A stretch of DNA of 64,000 nucleotides. Source: an uncultured Lachnospiraceae bacterium. GTDB taxonomy: Bacteria > Bacillota > Clostridia > Lachnospirales > Lachnospiraceae. Shown here piece by piece: positions 55,606 through 64,000 of the stretch (position 1 is the first letter of the stretch; each line of letters begins with the position of its first letter). The notes under the pieces were generated by a model, which had not been told where the DNA came from, did not search any database, and saw nothing but the letters and a program-made list of their open reading frames with translations. The DNA is taken from positions 90,092 to 154,091 of the forward strand of contig CADBFZ010000006.1 in NCBI GenBank assembly GCA_902794095.1, written 5' to 3'. The translations under genes and the position numbers were made by a program.

Positions 55606-56907
55606 TCAGATCTTTCTGTTATCGATGACGCGAACGGCTTTTCCTTCGCTTCTGGTAATGCTCTTGGGTGCAACAAGTGTAACTTTTGCTTTGATGCCCA
55701 GCATATTTACAAGTCCCTGCATCAGCTCGTTCTGAGCCTTTGAGATCTCAGCCACATTATCGGTGAACATCTCAGGTGTCATCTCTACATGAATATCAAA
55801 TGTATCTGTGTTGTTTACACGATCGATGATAATCTGGTAATTTGCCTGATAGCCGTGCTCGAGAAGTACGGTTTCGATCTGTGAAGGGAATACATTAACT
55901 CCGCGGATGATGAGCATGTCATCGCTTCTTCCCATGGGCTTGGCCATACGGATAAAGCTTCTTCCGCAGCTGCACTTTTCCTCAGAAAGCACGCAGATAT
56001 CTCTGGTGCGGTATCTCATCATGGGGAAGCCCTTCTTATCGATAGCGGTAAAAACAAGTTCGCCCTGAGTTCCGTGAGGAAGTACTTCAAGAGTCTTGGG
56101 ATCGATGATCTCTGCAATGAAGTGATCTTCATTGATGTGCATACCCTTCTGCTCGCTGCACTCGAATGCAACACCGGGACCGGAAAGTTCGGTAAGTCCG
56201 TAGATATCGAAAGCCTTGATACCGAGTGTCTCCTCGATATTTTTTCTCATCTCTTCGCTCCATGCCTCGGCACCGAAGATTCCTGCCTTAAGAGGGATAT
56301 CCTTAGCGGTAAGTCCCATCTCTTTCATGGACTCTCCGAGATATGCGGCATAAGAAGGAGTACAGCAGATGATGGATGCCTTCAGATCCTGAATGAACAT
56401 GATCTGTCTTTCGGTATTACCCGAAGACATGGGCACGGTCATACATCCTACCTTACGGCTTCCTCCGTCAACTCCGAGACCTCCGGTGAAAAGACCGTAT
56501 CCGTAAGAAACCTGGACAACATCCTCTCTGGAAGCTCCGGCTGCAACAAGTGCTCTTGCGCAGCACTCTTCCCAAAGATCCATATCGCCCTGGGTATAGA
56601 ATGCGATTACTCTCTTACCGGTAGTTCCGGATGTGGAATGGATCCTGACAACTTCTTCTCTGGGGACTGCAAGAAGTCCGTCGGGATATGTGTCTCTTAA
56701 GTCTGATTTTGACATAAAGGGAAGCTTGTGAAGATCATCGATGGTTTTGATATCATCGGGAGTTACCCCTGCTTTCTCCATCTTCTTACGATAGTAAGGA
56801 ACATTGTTCCAAACATGCTTTACCTGCTCTGTCAGTTTCTCGTTCTGGATCTTGGTGATCTCTTCTCTCGAAGCACACTCGATCTCTTTCTGAAAATACT
56901 TCTCCAC
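55606..56907 (-). CDS. paaK: phenylacetate--CoA ligase family protein (PaaK-like aryl-acetate CoA ligase)
   Basis: Adenylate-forming motifs (IHSTSGTTGKRV, YGLTELSGPG), ~433 aa as for PaaK. Adjacent to iorAB. Confidence 0.8.
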   Translation of the reverse strand: MEKYFQKEIECASREEITKIQNEKLTEQVKHVWNNVPYYRKKMEKAGVTPDDIKTIDDLHKLPFMSKSDLRDTYPDGLLAVPREEVVRIHSTSGTTGKRVIAFYTQGDMDLWEECCARALVAAGASREDVVQVSYGYGLFTGGLGVDGGSRKVGCMTVPMSSGNTERQIMFIQDLKASIICCTPSYAAYLGESMKEMGLTAKDIPLKAGIFGAEAWSEEMRKNIEETLGIKAFDIYGLTELSGPGVAFECSEQKGMHINEDHFIAEIIDPKTLEVLPHGTQGELVFTAIDKKGFPMMRYRTRDICVLSEEKCSCGRSFIRMAKPMGRSDDMLIIRGVNVFPSQIETVLLEHGYQANYQIIIDRVNNTDTFDIHVEMTPEMFTDNVAEISKAQNELMQGLVNMLGIKAKVTLVAPKSITRSEGKAVRVIDNRKI

Positions 56908-56954
56908 TTTCTTACCCCTTATGCAGTAAATTCGGACTTTAGTTTCAAAATCTG

Positions 56955-57527
56955 TTAAGCATTCTTACCGAGTTCAAATGCTTTCTTATTCATCTCAAGG
57001 AACTTGGCGGGAACGATTGCTTCCATAGCCTTCATCCATGCCTCTTCGGGCATATCAAAATAGTGAGAAAGTCTTCCCATGAGAACGATGTTAACAGCCT
57101 TTGAGGAACCTGCTTCCTCTGCAAGCCCTAGGCAATCAAGGGCATCAACCTTGGCACCGGTAGCCTTCATCTTCTCAACAAGCTCTGCAGGATATTCCAT
57201 GGCACCGGTGATAACGGGCATGGGATCGATCTGCTGAATATTGGTAACAACGGTTCCGTCCTTTTTTAGGAAAGGAAGCCATCTTGCAGCTTCGAGAAGT
57301 TCGAATGAAACGATTACATCAGCCTCGCCCTTATCGATCACGGGAGAATATACATGCTCGCCGTATCTTACATAAGTAACAACACTTCCGCCTCTCTGGC
57401 TCATTCCGTGAACTTCGGAAACCTTAACATCATATCCTTCATCAAGGAGGAGACGTCCGAGAAGCTTACTTGCAAGGAGTGAACCCTGTCCGCCTACACC
57501 TACGATCATTACATTCTTTGTACTCAT
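56955..57527 (-). CDS. iorB: indolepyruvate ferredoxin oxidoreductase, beta subunit
   Basis: MSTKNVMIVGVGGQGSLLASKLLG (PFOR gamma-like). GGAGGG RBS; the start is 1 nt after the iorA stop. Confidence 0.8.
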   Translation of the reverse strand: MSTKNVMIVGVGGQGSLLASKLLGRLLLDEGYDVKVSEVHGMSQRGGSVVTYVRYGEHVYSPVIDKGEADVIVSFELLEAARWLPFLKKDGTVVTNIQQIDPMPVITGAMEYPAELVEKMKATGAKVDALDCLGLAEEAGSSKAVNIVLMGRLSHYFDMPEEAWMKAMEAIVPAKFLEMNKKAFELGKNA

Positions 57528-57528
57528 A

Positions 57529-59307
57529 TCAACCCTCCTTCTGGCAGGACTCAAATGCTCCTACCGGGCAAAGCTGCTCACAGATACCGCAACCTACGCA
57601 AAGGGTGTTGTCGATGTGTGCCTTGCCGTCTTTCATTGATATTGCGGGACATCCGATCTTCATGCAGGACTTACATCCGACGCACTTGTCTCTGTTTACA
57701 CGAAGAGGAGGATTGTGCTTAACGTTCTTAAGAAGTGCACAAGGTCTTCTGGAGATAATGACTGAAGGAGCCTTTACTGCAAGTTCTTCTTTAATAGCTT
57801 CATCGCATGCCTTAAGATCGTAAGGATCTACTACGCGTACTCTTTCGAATCCCATTGAACGGCAAAGAGCTTCAAGGTCGATCTTACCTGCGGGATCACC
57901 CTTGATGTTAAGTCCGGTTGTAGGATTCTGCTGATGTCCGGTCATACCGGTGATGGAGTTATCGAGAATGATAACTGTTGAATCGGACTGGTTGTATGCG
58001 ATATTTGCAAGGCCGGTCATTCCGGAATGCATGAAGGTTGAGTCACCGATTACTGCTACGGTCTTGCCTTCGTTTTCTCCGTTACCTGCCTTATTGAATC
58101 CGTGGATTGCGCTTACGGAAGCACCCATGCAAAGAGTCATATCCATTGCGGAAAGAGGTGCTACGGCTCCGAGAGTGTAGCATCCGATGTCACCGAGTAC
58201 GGTGCACTTATTCTTGCTGAGTGTATAGAAAAGTCCTCTATGAGGGCATCCTGCACACATTACGGGAGGTCTGTTGGGGATTGCATCCGTAACTGCAGAT
58301 ACGTCTTCTCCCTTGTACTCTTCTCCACAAACGATGGGGCAAAGATACTTCTTAAGAAGATTCTGTGAGAACTCTCCGCAGATGGGAAGTACGTCCTTAC
58401 CGAATACCTCGATGCCAAGTGCACGGCAGTGATTTTCGATAATGGGATCTAGCTCTTCAGCTACGATCACGGTATCAACCTTTGATGCGAAATCAAGGAT
58501 GAGCTTCTTGGGAAGAGGATTTACCATTCCGAGTTTAAGAACGGATACGGTATCTCCGAATGCTTCTCTTACATACTGATATGTGGTGGAGCAGGTGATG
58601 ATACCGATGTGCTTACCTGTTGCGGATGCATCTCTCATCTCTACTCTGTTGAAATCAGCGGTCTCTGCAAGCTCGCGAAGCTTCTCGGTTCTTTCCTCTA
58701 CAAAAGGATGACGCTTGATGGCATTGCCGGGCATCATAACATTCTTGGGAATATTCTTCTCGTAAGGCTTTCTTGCAATCTGTGCTCTTTCGGAAGTCTC
58801 AACAACAGACTGGGAATGTGCAACTCTGGTACACATCTTTACGATCACGGGAGTGTCGTATTTTTCAGAAAGATCATATGCAAGCTTTACAAAAGAAAGA
58901 GTCTCTGCGGAATCTGAAGGCTCAAGCATGGGAACCTTGGATGCGATTGCATGATGTCTTGAGTCCTGCTCATTCTGGGATGAGTGCATTCCCGCATCAT
59001 CGGCAACGCAGATAACAACGCCTCCGTTAACACCTGTGTATGACATGGTATAAAGAGGGTCTGCGGCAACGTTTAACCCGACGTGTTTCATACCGCAATA
59101 GCTTCTTACACCTGCAAGGGATGCACCAAAAGCTGCTTCCATAGCAACCTTCTCATTGGGTGCCCACTCACAATAAATCTCGTCATACTTGACGGCTTCT
59201 TCAGTTACCTCGGTACTGGGAGTTCCGGGATAACTGGAAACAAAACTACAGCCCGCTTCATAAAGTCCGCGTGCAAATGCTTTATTTCCAAGCATTAACT
59301 CCTTCAT
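57529..59307 (-). CDS. iorA: indolepyruvate ferredoxin oxidoreductase, alpha subunit (TPP- and 4Fe-4S-binding)
   Basis: TPP-binding GDIGCYTLG...GDSTFMHSG and C-terminal ferredoxin motifs CVGCKSCMKIGCP...CVGCGICEQLCP; 592 aa. Confidence 0.85.
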   Translation of the reverse strand: MKELMLGNKAFARGLYEAGCSFVSSYPGTPSTEVTEEAVKYDEIYCEWAPNEKVAMEAAFGASLAGVRSYCGMKHVGLNVAADPLYTMSYTGVNGGVVICVADDAGMHSSQNEQDSRHHAIASKVPMLEPSDSAETLSFVKLAYDLSEKYDTPVIVKMCTRVAHSQSVVETSERAQIARKPYEKNIPKNVMMPGNAIKRHPFVEERTEKLRELAETADFNRVEMRDASATGKHIGIITCSTTYQYVREAFGDTVSVLKLGMVNPLPKKLILDFASKVDTVIVAEELDPIIENHCRALGIEVFGKDVLPICGEFSQNLLKKYLCPIVCGEEYKGEDVSAVTDAIPNRPPVMCAGCPHRGLFYTLSKNKCTVLGDIGCYTLGAVAPLSAMDMTLCMGASVSAIHGFNKAGNGENEGKTVAVIGDSTFMHSGMTGLANIAYNQSDSTVIILDNSITGMTGHQQNPTTGLNIKGDPAGKIDLEALCRSMGFERVRVVDPYDLKACDEAIKEELAVKAPSVIISRRPCALLKNVKHNPPLRVNRDKCVGCKSCMKIGCPAISMKDGKAHIDNTLCVGCGICEQLCPVGAFESCQKEG

Positions 59308-59402
59308 ATCTGTTTCTTCCTCCTACACTTTTATGGGACTCTGTAATCCCTAAACAGCTTATTTATTATAACCCGCATGGGGGATATAAAACTACTTCAT
59401 TA

Positions 59403-61115
59403 CTACTTTCTCTCAAACTGTGAGTAGTAGATTTCTTCGTATACTTCGCAGGTCTTAAGAAGCTCATCATGAGTTCCGATTCCCACTGCTTTTCCGTCAT
59501 CAAGAACTATGATCATGTCCGCGGTCATAACAGAGGATGCTCTCTGGGATACGATAAATACCGTCATATCTTCGAGCTTAGCTATCTCTTCTCTTATGTG
59601 CTTTTCCGTAAGGAAATCAAGAGCGGATGTGGAATCATCAAGGATAAGGATCTCAGGCTTTCTAACAAGTGCTCTTGCGATGGTAAGTCTCTGTCTCTGA
59701 CCGCCTGAGAAGTTCTTACCGTTTTGAAGAACCTCCGCATCAAGTCCGCCTTTTTCGGAGACGAAGTCATAAGCCTGTGCTTTCTTAAGGCATTCGATCA
59801 TCTCTTCATCGGTGGCGTTCTCTCCGCCAATCTGCATATTGGTTCTTACGGTTCCCTTAAAAAGAACGGCTTTCTGAGGAACTACTCCAATGCGTTCACG
59901 AAGCTTTATCCGATCGCAGGTTTTAACGTCCTCACCGAGAACTGTGACGGTTCCTGAAGTTGCTTCATACATTCCGGGGATGAGATTTATAAGTGATGAT
60001 TTACCCGAACCCGTTCCGCCGATAACACCCACAGTCATTCCGGGCTTGACGGTAAAGGATATATCGGATAGCGCTTCATCGGAACCTGCGGTGTATTTAA
60101 GTGAGACGTGATCGAATGAAATGAACTCAGAGGATTTGCCCGCCTCTGAAGAAATGACTGCTTCATCGGCCTGATTTCCAAGATCCAAAACATCGCTTAC
60201 ACGATCTGCAGATGCGATGGACTTGGTAATAGTTACGATAAGGTTTGTGAGCTTGAGAAGCTCAACAAGGATCTGGCTCATGTAGTTAAGTATCGCAACA
60301 GCCTGACCCTGAGTGATGGCACCGATGTTTACTCTGAGTGCACCTTTGTATATGAGGAACATCACCGCTACGTTTACGATGATGAAAGTGATCGGATTGG
60401 TAAGTGCGGTAAAGTCAGATGCTGTGATCTGTTTTCTTTTTAATGCGTTGTTTTTCTCATAAAAAGAATTCTTCTCGTCGTCCTGAAGATTAAACGCACG
60501 GATTACTCTCACACCGGTAAGGTTTTCTCTGGATGAGAGCATTACTTTATCGAGAAGTTTCTGGACACCGGCAAACATGGGAATGCTGAAACGTGTGATG
60601 CCGATGACGATAATTGCTAAGATTGGAACGGCAATACAGAAAATAAGTGCCGAGGGAACATCGATGGTAAATGCCATGATCATGGCACCAAAGACGATGA
60701 TGGGACTTCTGAGGAGAAGTCTGAGGGACATGTTAACGCCGGTCTGAACCTGATTAACATCGGATGTCATGCGGGTGATAAGAGTTGATGTACCTGCTTT
60801 ATCAACATCGGAAGCTTCAAGACCCATGATGTGATCAAAGAGCTTCTTACGAAGTGTACCGGAAACACCCACTGCAGCTTTTGCAGCAAAAAACTGTGCT
60901 GTAATCGAAACGGTAAGACCTGCAGCAGCCAGAAGGACAAGTATAAGTCCTTTTCTAACGATGTATGAAGTATCGGAATTGGGGATGCCGACGTCGATGA
61001 TATCGGCCATTACAAGGGGAACAAAAAGTTCAAACACCGCTTCGACAAACTTAAAAAAAGGGGCAAAGAACGCCTCTTTTTTATAGTATTTTAAAAGTGA
61101 AAGAACTTTTTTCAT
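59403..61115 (-). CDS. ABC transporter, fused permease/ATP-binding protein (exporter type)
   Basis: TM domain plus Walker A GGTGSGKSS, signature FSGGQRQRL, Walker B ILDDSTSALD. Confidence 0.85.
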   Translation of the reverse strand: MKKVLSLLKYYKKEAFFAPFFKFVEAVFELFVPLVMADIIDVGIPNSDTSYIVRKGLILVLLAAAGLTVSITAQFFAAKAAVGVSGTLRKKLFDHIMGLEASDVDKAGTSTLITRMTSDVNQVQTGVNMSLRLLLRSPIIVFGAMIMAFTIDVPSALIFCIAVPILAIIVIGITRFSIPMFAGVQKLLDKVMLSSRENLTGVRVIRAFNLQDDEKNSFYEKNNALKRKQITASDFTALTNPITFIIVNVAVMFLIYKGALRVNIGAITQGQAVAILNYMSQILVELLKLTNLIVTITKSIASADRVSDVLDLGNQADEAVISSEAGKSSEFISFDHVSLKYTAGSDEALSDISFTVKPGMTVGVIGGTGSGKSSLINLIPGMYEATSGTVTVLGEDVKTCDRIKLRERIGVVPQKAVLFKGTVRTNMQIGGENATDEEMIECLKKAQAYDFVSEKGGLDAEVLQNGKNFSGGQRQRLTIARALVRKPEILILDDSTSALDFLTEKHIREEIAKLEDMTVFIVSQRASSVMTADMIIVLDDGKAVGIGTHDELLKTCEVYEEIYYSQFERK

Positions 61116-61137
61116 CTAAGGTAAATTCCTCTCGGGA

Positions 61138-61839
61138 TCAGGACACTTTCTCACAAACGCACATTGCATAACCTGAGGGAGCATTGTTTTCACTCCACAT
61201 ATAGAACCTTGAAAGACCTTTGCTAACATCCGAAAAATCTCTCTGAAGAGCTGATGCGATACCGCATCCTTCGCACTTTCCCCAGGCTTCTTTTCTCGAC
61301 CAGATGGTAAAGAAAAGATTAGGATCTTTGTGGATCAAAGAGGTTTCTTTTTCCGTGAAATATCTGGTGGAGATTTTCTCGGTGTTCATCTCTTTGCGGA
61401 TCTGAATGTCGATTCCGACCTCATAATACGAAAGCGCAAGTGCGACATATTTTCCCGAATGGGAAATGCTTATAAAAGGAATACCTCTCTCGCCGGCAGG
61501 TATCTGGATATCGGGTTCGAGATAAGGCTTGCCGCTGTTTTCAATTGAGTAGGCAAGTTTTATAACTTCTCCATTTCTCTCAAGAATCCTTATGGCTTCC
61601 TCTGCGGTCAACTGAATGGGAATACCTGATGCCGCTCTTGATACATCCTCTACATATCCTCTTGCCGCAAGCTGAAGCAGCATACCGACGCCAAGAGCAA
61701 GACCGCGTGCGGGAATACTCTTGCACTGGTCCGCCTTAGTGCGTCTGTAATCATCGATAAGGCTGCGGGATGTATCTCGAAGATCTGCGCCCGCTGTCTC
61801 ATCCTGTAATGTACTTACATCAAGAAGATATATTCTCAT
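61138..61839 (-). CDS. 4'-phosphopantetheinyl transferase, Sfp type
   Basis: PPTase motifs ISISHSGKYVALALS and WSRKEAWGKCEG (W/FxxKEAxxK); 233 aa. Confidence 0.7.
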   Translation of the reverse strand: MRIYLLDVSTLQDETAGADLRDTSRSLIDDYRRTKADQCKSIPARGLALGVGMLLQLAARGYVEDVSRAASGIPIQLTAEEAIRILERNGEVIKLAYSIENSGKPYLEPDIQIPAGERGIPFISISHSGKYVALALSYYEVGIDIQIRKEMNTEKISTRYFTEKETSLIHKDPNLFFTIWSRKEAWGKCEGCGIASALQRDFSDVSKGLSRFYMWSENNAPSGYAMCVCEKVS

Positions 61840-61842
61840 GTA

Positions 61843-63618
61843 TTATTCTTCTACGGGGATGCATGCAAGGTGGAGCTCATCAAGCTGATGCTGTGATACA
61901 GCTGAAGGTGCATCCATCATTACGTCCTGTGCATTCTTGTTCATGGGGAATGTAATAACTTCTCTGATGGACTCTTCGCCGGTGAGAAGCATTATCATAC
62001 GGTCTACTCCGGGTGCAGCTCCTGCGTGAGGGGGTGCTCCGTAAGTAAATGCGTTGTACATAGCGGGAAACTTAGCCTTAACTTCAGCTTCTCCGAGACG
62101 TACAAGTTCGAATGCCTTGACCATGATCTCGGGATCGTGGTTTCTTACCGCACCTGATGCGGACTCGTATCCGTTGATAACAAGGTCGTACTGGTTAGCC
62201 ATTATATCAAGAGGATCCATCTCTCCTCTTTCTGCTTTCTCGAGAGTCTCAAGTCCGCCTACGGGCATTGAGAAAGGATTGTGGCAGAACTCAAGCTCGC
62301 CTGATTCCTCGCCGATCTCGTACATAGGGAAATCAACGATCCAGCAGAACTGATACTGCTCTTTATCCATGTGCTCGGGGCAAAGAACGCCGAGCTTGGT
62401 ACGAAGAACACCTGCGGTCTTAAGTGCTGCTGCCTTGGGTCCTGCAGCAAGTCCTACGAAGCATCCGTTCTCAAGTCCGAGCTTAGAGATAACCTCGTCC
62501 TTGATGGGCTGTAAGAACTTAGCGATACCGCCTACGATCTCGCCGTTCTCATCTACTCTGAACCAGCAGGTCTTTCTTGATGTCTGAACTTCAACATCTG
62601 CAACGAGCTGATCGATCTGTTTTCTCGTAGCGTTGAAACCGGTAACTACAACTGCTTCGATGCACTGACCCTTGAAAGGCTCGAAATCGATTCCGCCGAG
62701 GACATCGGTTACATCCTTGAGCTCAAGGTCGATACGAAGGTCGGGCTTATCCGAACCGTACTTCTCCATTGCTTCCCAGAAAGGAATTCTCTTAAAAGGA
62801 GCGGGAGTAATACGATCGTAAATTCCGTACTTCTCAAATACTGGAACAAGAACTTTCTCTAGTACTCCGAGAACATCATCCTGAGATGCGAAAGCCATCT
62901 CCATATCCATCTGATAGAACTCACCGGGAGTACGATCTCCACGAGCATCCTCATCTCTGAAGCAGGGTGCGATCTGGAAATAACGATCGAATCCGGAAGT
63001 CATAAGGAGCTGCTTAAACTGCTGAGGTGCCTGAGGAAGCGCATAGAACTTGCCGGGATGCTTTCTTGCGGGAACAAGATAGTCTCTTGCGCCTTCGGGT
63101 GATGATGCGGTAAGAATGGGAGTTGTGATCTCGAGGAATCCCTCTTCGGTCATAGCCTTTCTGAGCTGGGCAACAACATTACATCTGAGAACTATGTTCT
63201 TCTTAACCTCAGGATTTCTGAGATCGAGATATCTGTACTTAAGTCTGGTTGCTTCATCAGCATCCTTGGATCTGTTGATTTCGAAAGGAAGCTCTGCATT
63301 TTGGTTCTTGCCGAGAACCTTTACTGAATCGGGAACAACTTCGATGTCTCCGGTAGGAATCTTATCGTTCTTGTTACTTCTGATCCTTACTTTACCGGTG
63401 ATCTGTACGGTTGATTCCTTGGTGATATTCTTAAATGCGGAAACCATATCTTCGGTCTCTGCAACGAGCTGGGTGATTCCGTAGAAATCTCTTAAGATGA
63501 TAAAAGAAAGATTTCCTCCTACCTCTCTTACGTTCTCAACCCATCCGCAAAGAGTTACTTCCTTGCCCTCATCGGAGCTTCTGAGTTCTCCGCAATTATG
63601 TGTTCTTGACTGTATCAT
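61843..63618 (-). CDS. aspS: aspartate--tRNA ligase
   Basis: An N-terminal OB anticodon domain (RTHNCGELR...GWVENVRE), class II motifs (FRDEDARGDRTPEFYQMD, GGLETLE), and an inserted domain; 591 aa. Confidence 0.9.
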   Translation of the reverse strand: MIQSRTHNCGELRSSDEGKEVTLCGWVENVREVGGNLSFIILRDFYGITQLVAETEDMVSAFKNITKESTVQITGKVRIRSNKNDKIPTGDIEVVPDSVKVLGKNQNAELPFEINRSKDADEATRLKYRYLDLRNPEVKKNIVLRCNVVAQLRKAMTEEGFLEITTPILTASSPEGARDYLVPARKHPGKFYALPQAPQQFKQLLMTSGFDRYFQIAPCFRDEDARGDRTPGEFYQMDMEMAFASQDDVLGVLEKVLVPVFEKYGIYDRITPAPFKRIPFWEAMEKYGSDKPDLRIDLELKDVTDVLGGIDFEPFKGQCIEAVVVTGFNATRKQIDQLVADVEVQTSRKTCWFRVDENGEIVGGIAKFLQPIKDEVISKLGLENGCFVGLAAGPKAAALKTAGVLRTKLGVLCPEHMDKEQYQFCWIVDFPMYEIGEESGELEFCHNPFSMPVGGLETLEKAERGEMDPLDIMANQYDLVINGYESASGAVRNHDPEIMVKAFELVRLGEAEVKAKFPAMYNAFTYGAPPHAGAAPGVDRMIMLLTGEESIREVITFPMNKNAQDVMMDAPSAVSQHQLDELHLACIPVEE

Positions 63619-64000
63619 TTCAGTGCCTCCCTGTAGAAGTCCTCGAATTCCGTGTAGCCCGCCTTGGTAAGCTGCTCTTTCTGGAACTTCTTGTTTTTAT
63701 TCATTCTGACGGTAAGAATCTTCTTACCGGATTTTCTCTCTTCAGCTGCCTTTGCAAGAATCTCGCTGAGACGCTCGCCGCTGATTCCCTTTTCGATGAG
63801 ATATGCCTTGCCGTCTCCGCTTCCGGGAACTTTGAATCCCTTCTCGGTGAGCAAGAGAACGATTCTCTCAAATCCGATGGAGAATCCGCATGCGGGAACG
63901 CTCTGTCCGGTAAACTTGCCGACCATCTCGTCGTATCTTCCGCCACCGCCGCAGCTTCCGCCAAACTCGGGAATTGCTATTTCAAAAATAGTACCGGTGT
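63615..64000 (-). CDS. hisS: histidine--tRNA ligase, C-terminal part (the gene continues past the right edge)
   Basis: The minus-strand frame is open to the window end with ...GGGRYDEMVGKFTGQSVPACGFSIGFERI (HisRS motif 3 and anticodon-binding domain). The 103-aa ORF in the track is only the tail. The stop overlaps the aspS start (hisS-aspS operon). Confidence 0.8.
   Translation of the reverse strand, partial: TGTIFEIAIPEFGGSCGGGGRYDEMVGKFTGQSVPACGFSIGFERIVLLLTEKGFKVPGSGDGKAYLIEKGISGERLSEILAKAAEERKSGKKILTVRMNKNKKFQKEQLTKAGYTEFEDFYREALK

Noticed and set aside
63615-63926. Stand-alone 103-aa ORF
   Set aside because: It is the C-terminal anticodon-binding tail of hisS. The reading frame continues upstream through GGGRYDEMV to the window edge without a stop.
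1-64000. Prophage, integrative element or defence island (searched for integrase, transposase, restriction-modification, toxin-antitoxin or cas signatures)
   Set aside because: I found no integrase, recombinase, transposase, methyltransferase/restriction or Cas-like motifs in any ORF of 60 aa or more. Housekeeping synteny is continuous, so the window reads as core chromosome with a few accessory inserts.

Overview
This 64 kb window looks like chromosomal DNA from a low-GC Gram-positive anaerobe. The Clostridia assignment is an inference from gene content and synteny, not from a database search. About 90% is coding and almost all genes are on the minus strand. I can support 50 coding genes and no tRNA, rRNA or CRISPR array; I also found no integrase or transposase.

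Recognisable blocks, from left to right:
- The N-terminal part of an M16 zinc peptidase, cut by the left edge.
- A translationally coupled trio: a rhomboid-like polytopic membrane protein with a C-terminal Cys4 zinc ribbon, a truncated sigma-70 paralog (regions 1.1-2.2 and 3.1 only), and a 139-aa unknown protein.
- A 1414-aa fusion of two BadF/BcrA/HgdC-type activase ATPases with an HgdAB-like dehydratase domain.
- A TIGR01212 radical SAM protein, an iron-containing alcohol dehydrogenase, and a partial nonulosonic-acid-type sugar module: a NeuB/PseI-like synthase, a formyltransferase-like protein and a CMP-sugar synthetase.
- A membrane-anchored clostripain (C11) protease, a phosphohexomutase and a CE2-like SGNH esterase.
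- An unusual cell-wall operon: an alpha/beta hydrolase, a Mur ligase (MurF-like) carrying an N-terminal 5-TM domain, a 6-TM protein and a 396-aa Ddl.
- Two GGDEF cyclases and arabinoxylan-degradation genes (GH51, beta-helix protein).
- The conserved Firmicute block priA-def-fmt-rsmB-rlmN-stp-prkC-rsgA, followed by recJ, secDF and a CorC/HlyC protein.
- Three consecutive zinc-ribbon proteins, the middle one with an SPFH/band-7 domain (YdjGHI-like).
- A CE4 deacetylase, an orphan trpD, a PadR-DUF1700-DUF4097 operon, and an iorA-iorB-paaK-ACT aryl-pyruvate fermentation cluster flanked by ABC exporters.
- An Sfp-type phosphopantetheinyl transferase, aspS, and the C-terminal part of hisS, cut by the right edge.

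Non-coding features worth a second look:
- A 165-bp imperfect palindrome with ~25-bp terminal inverted repeats between convergent genes (a MITE/ERIC-like element or a structured RNA).
- A 29-nt GC-core palindromic element present twice (at 11.8 kb and 38.8 kb).
- A 73-bp tandem repeat (2.4 copies) upstream of the hydrolase-murF-ddl operon.
- Several clean bidirectional intrinsic terminators.

The candidate new systems are the rhomboid-like pseudoprotease coupled to a sigma-like decoy, the membrane-anchored MurF-Ddl operon with its repeat-containing leader, and the ZnR-SPFH-ZnR triad.
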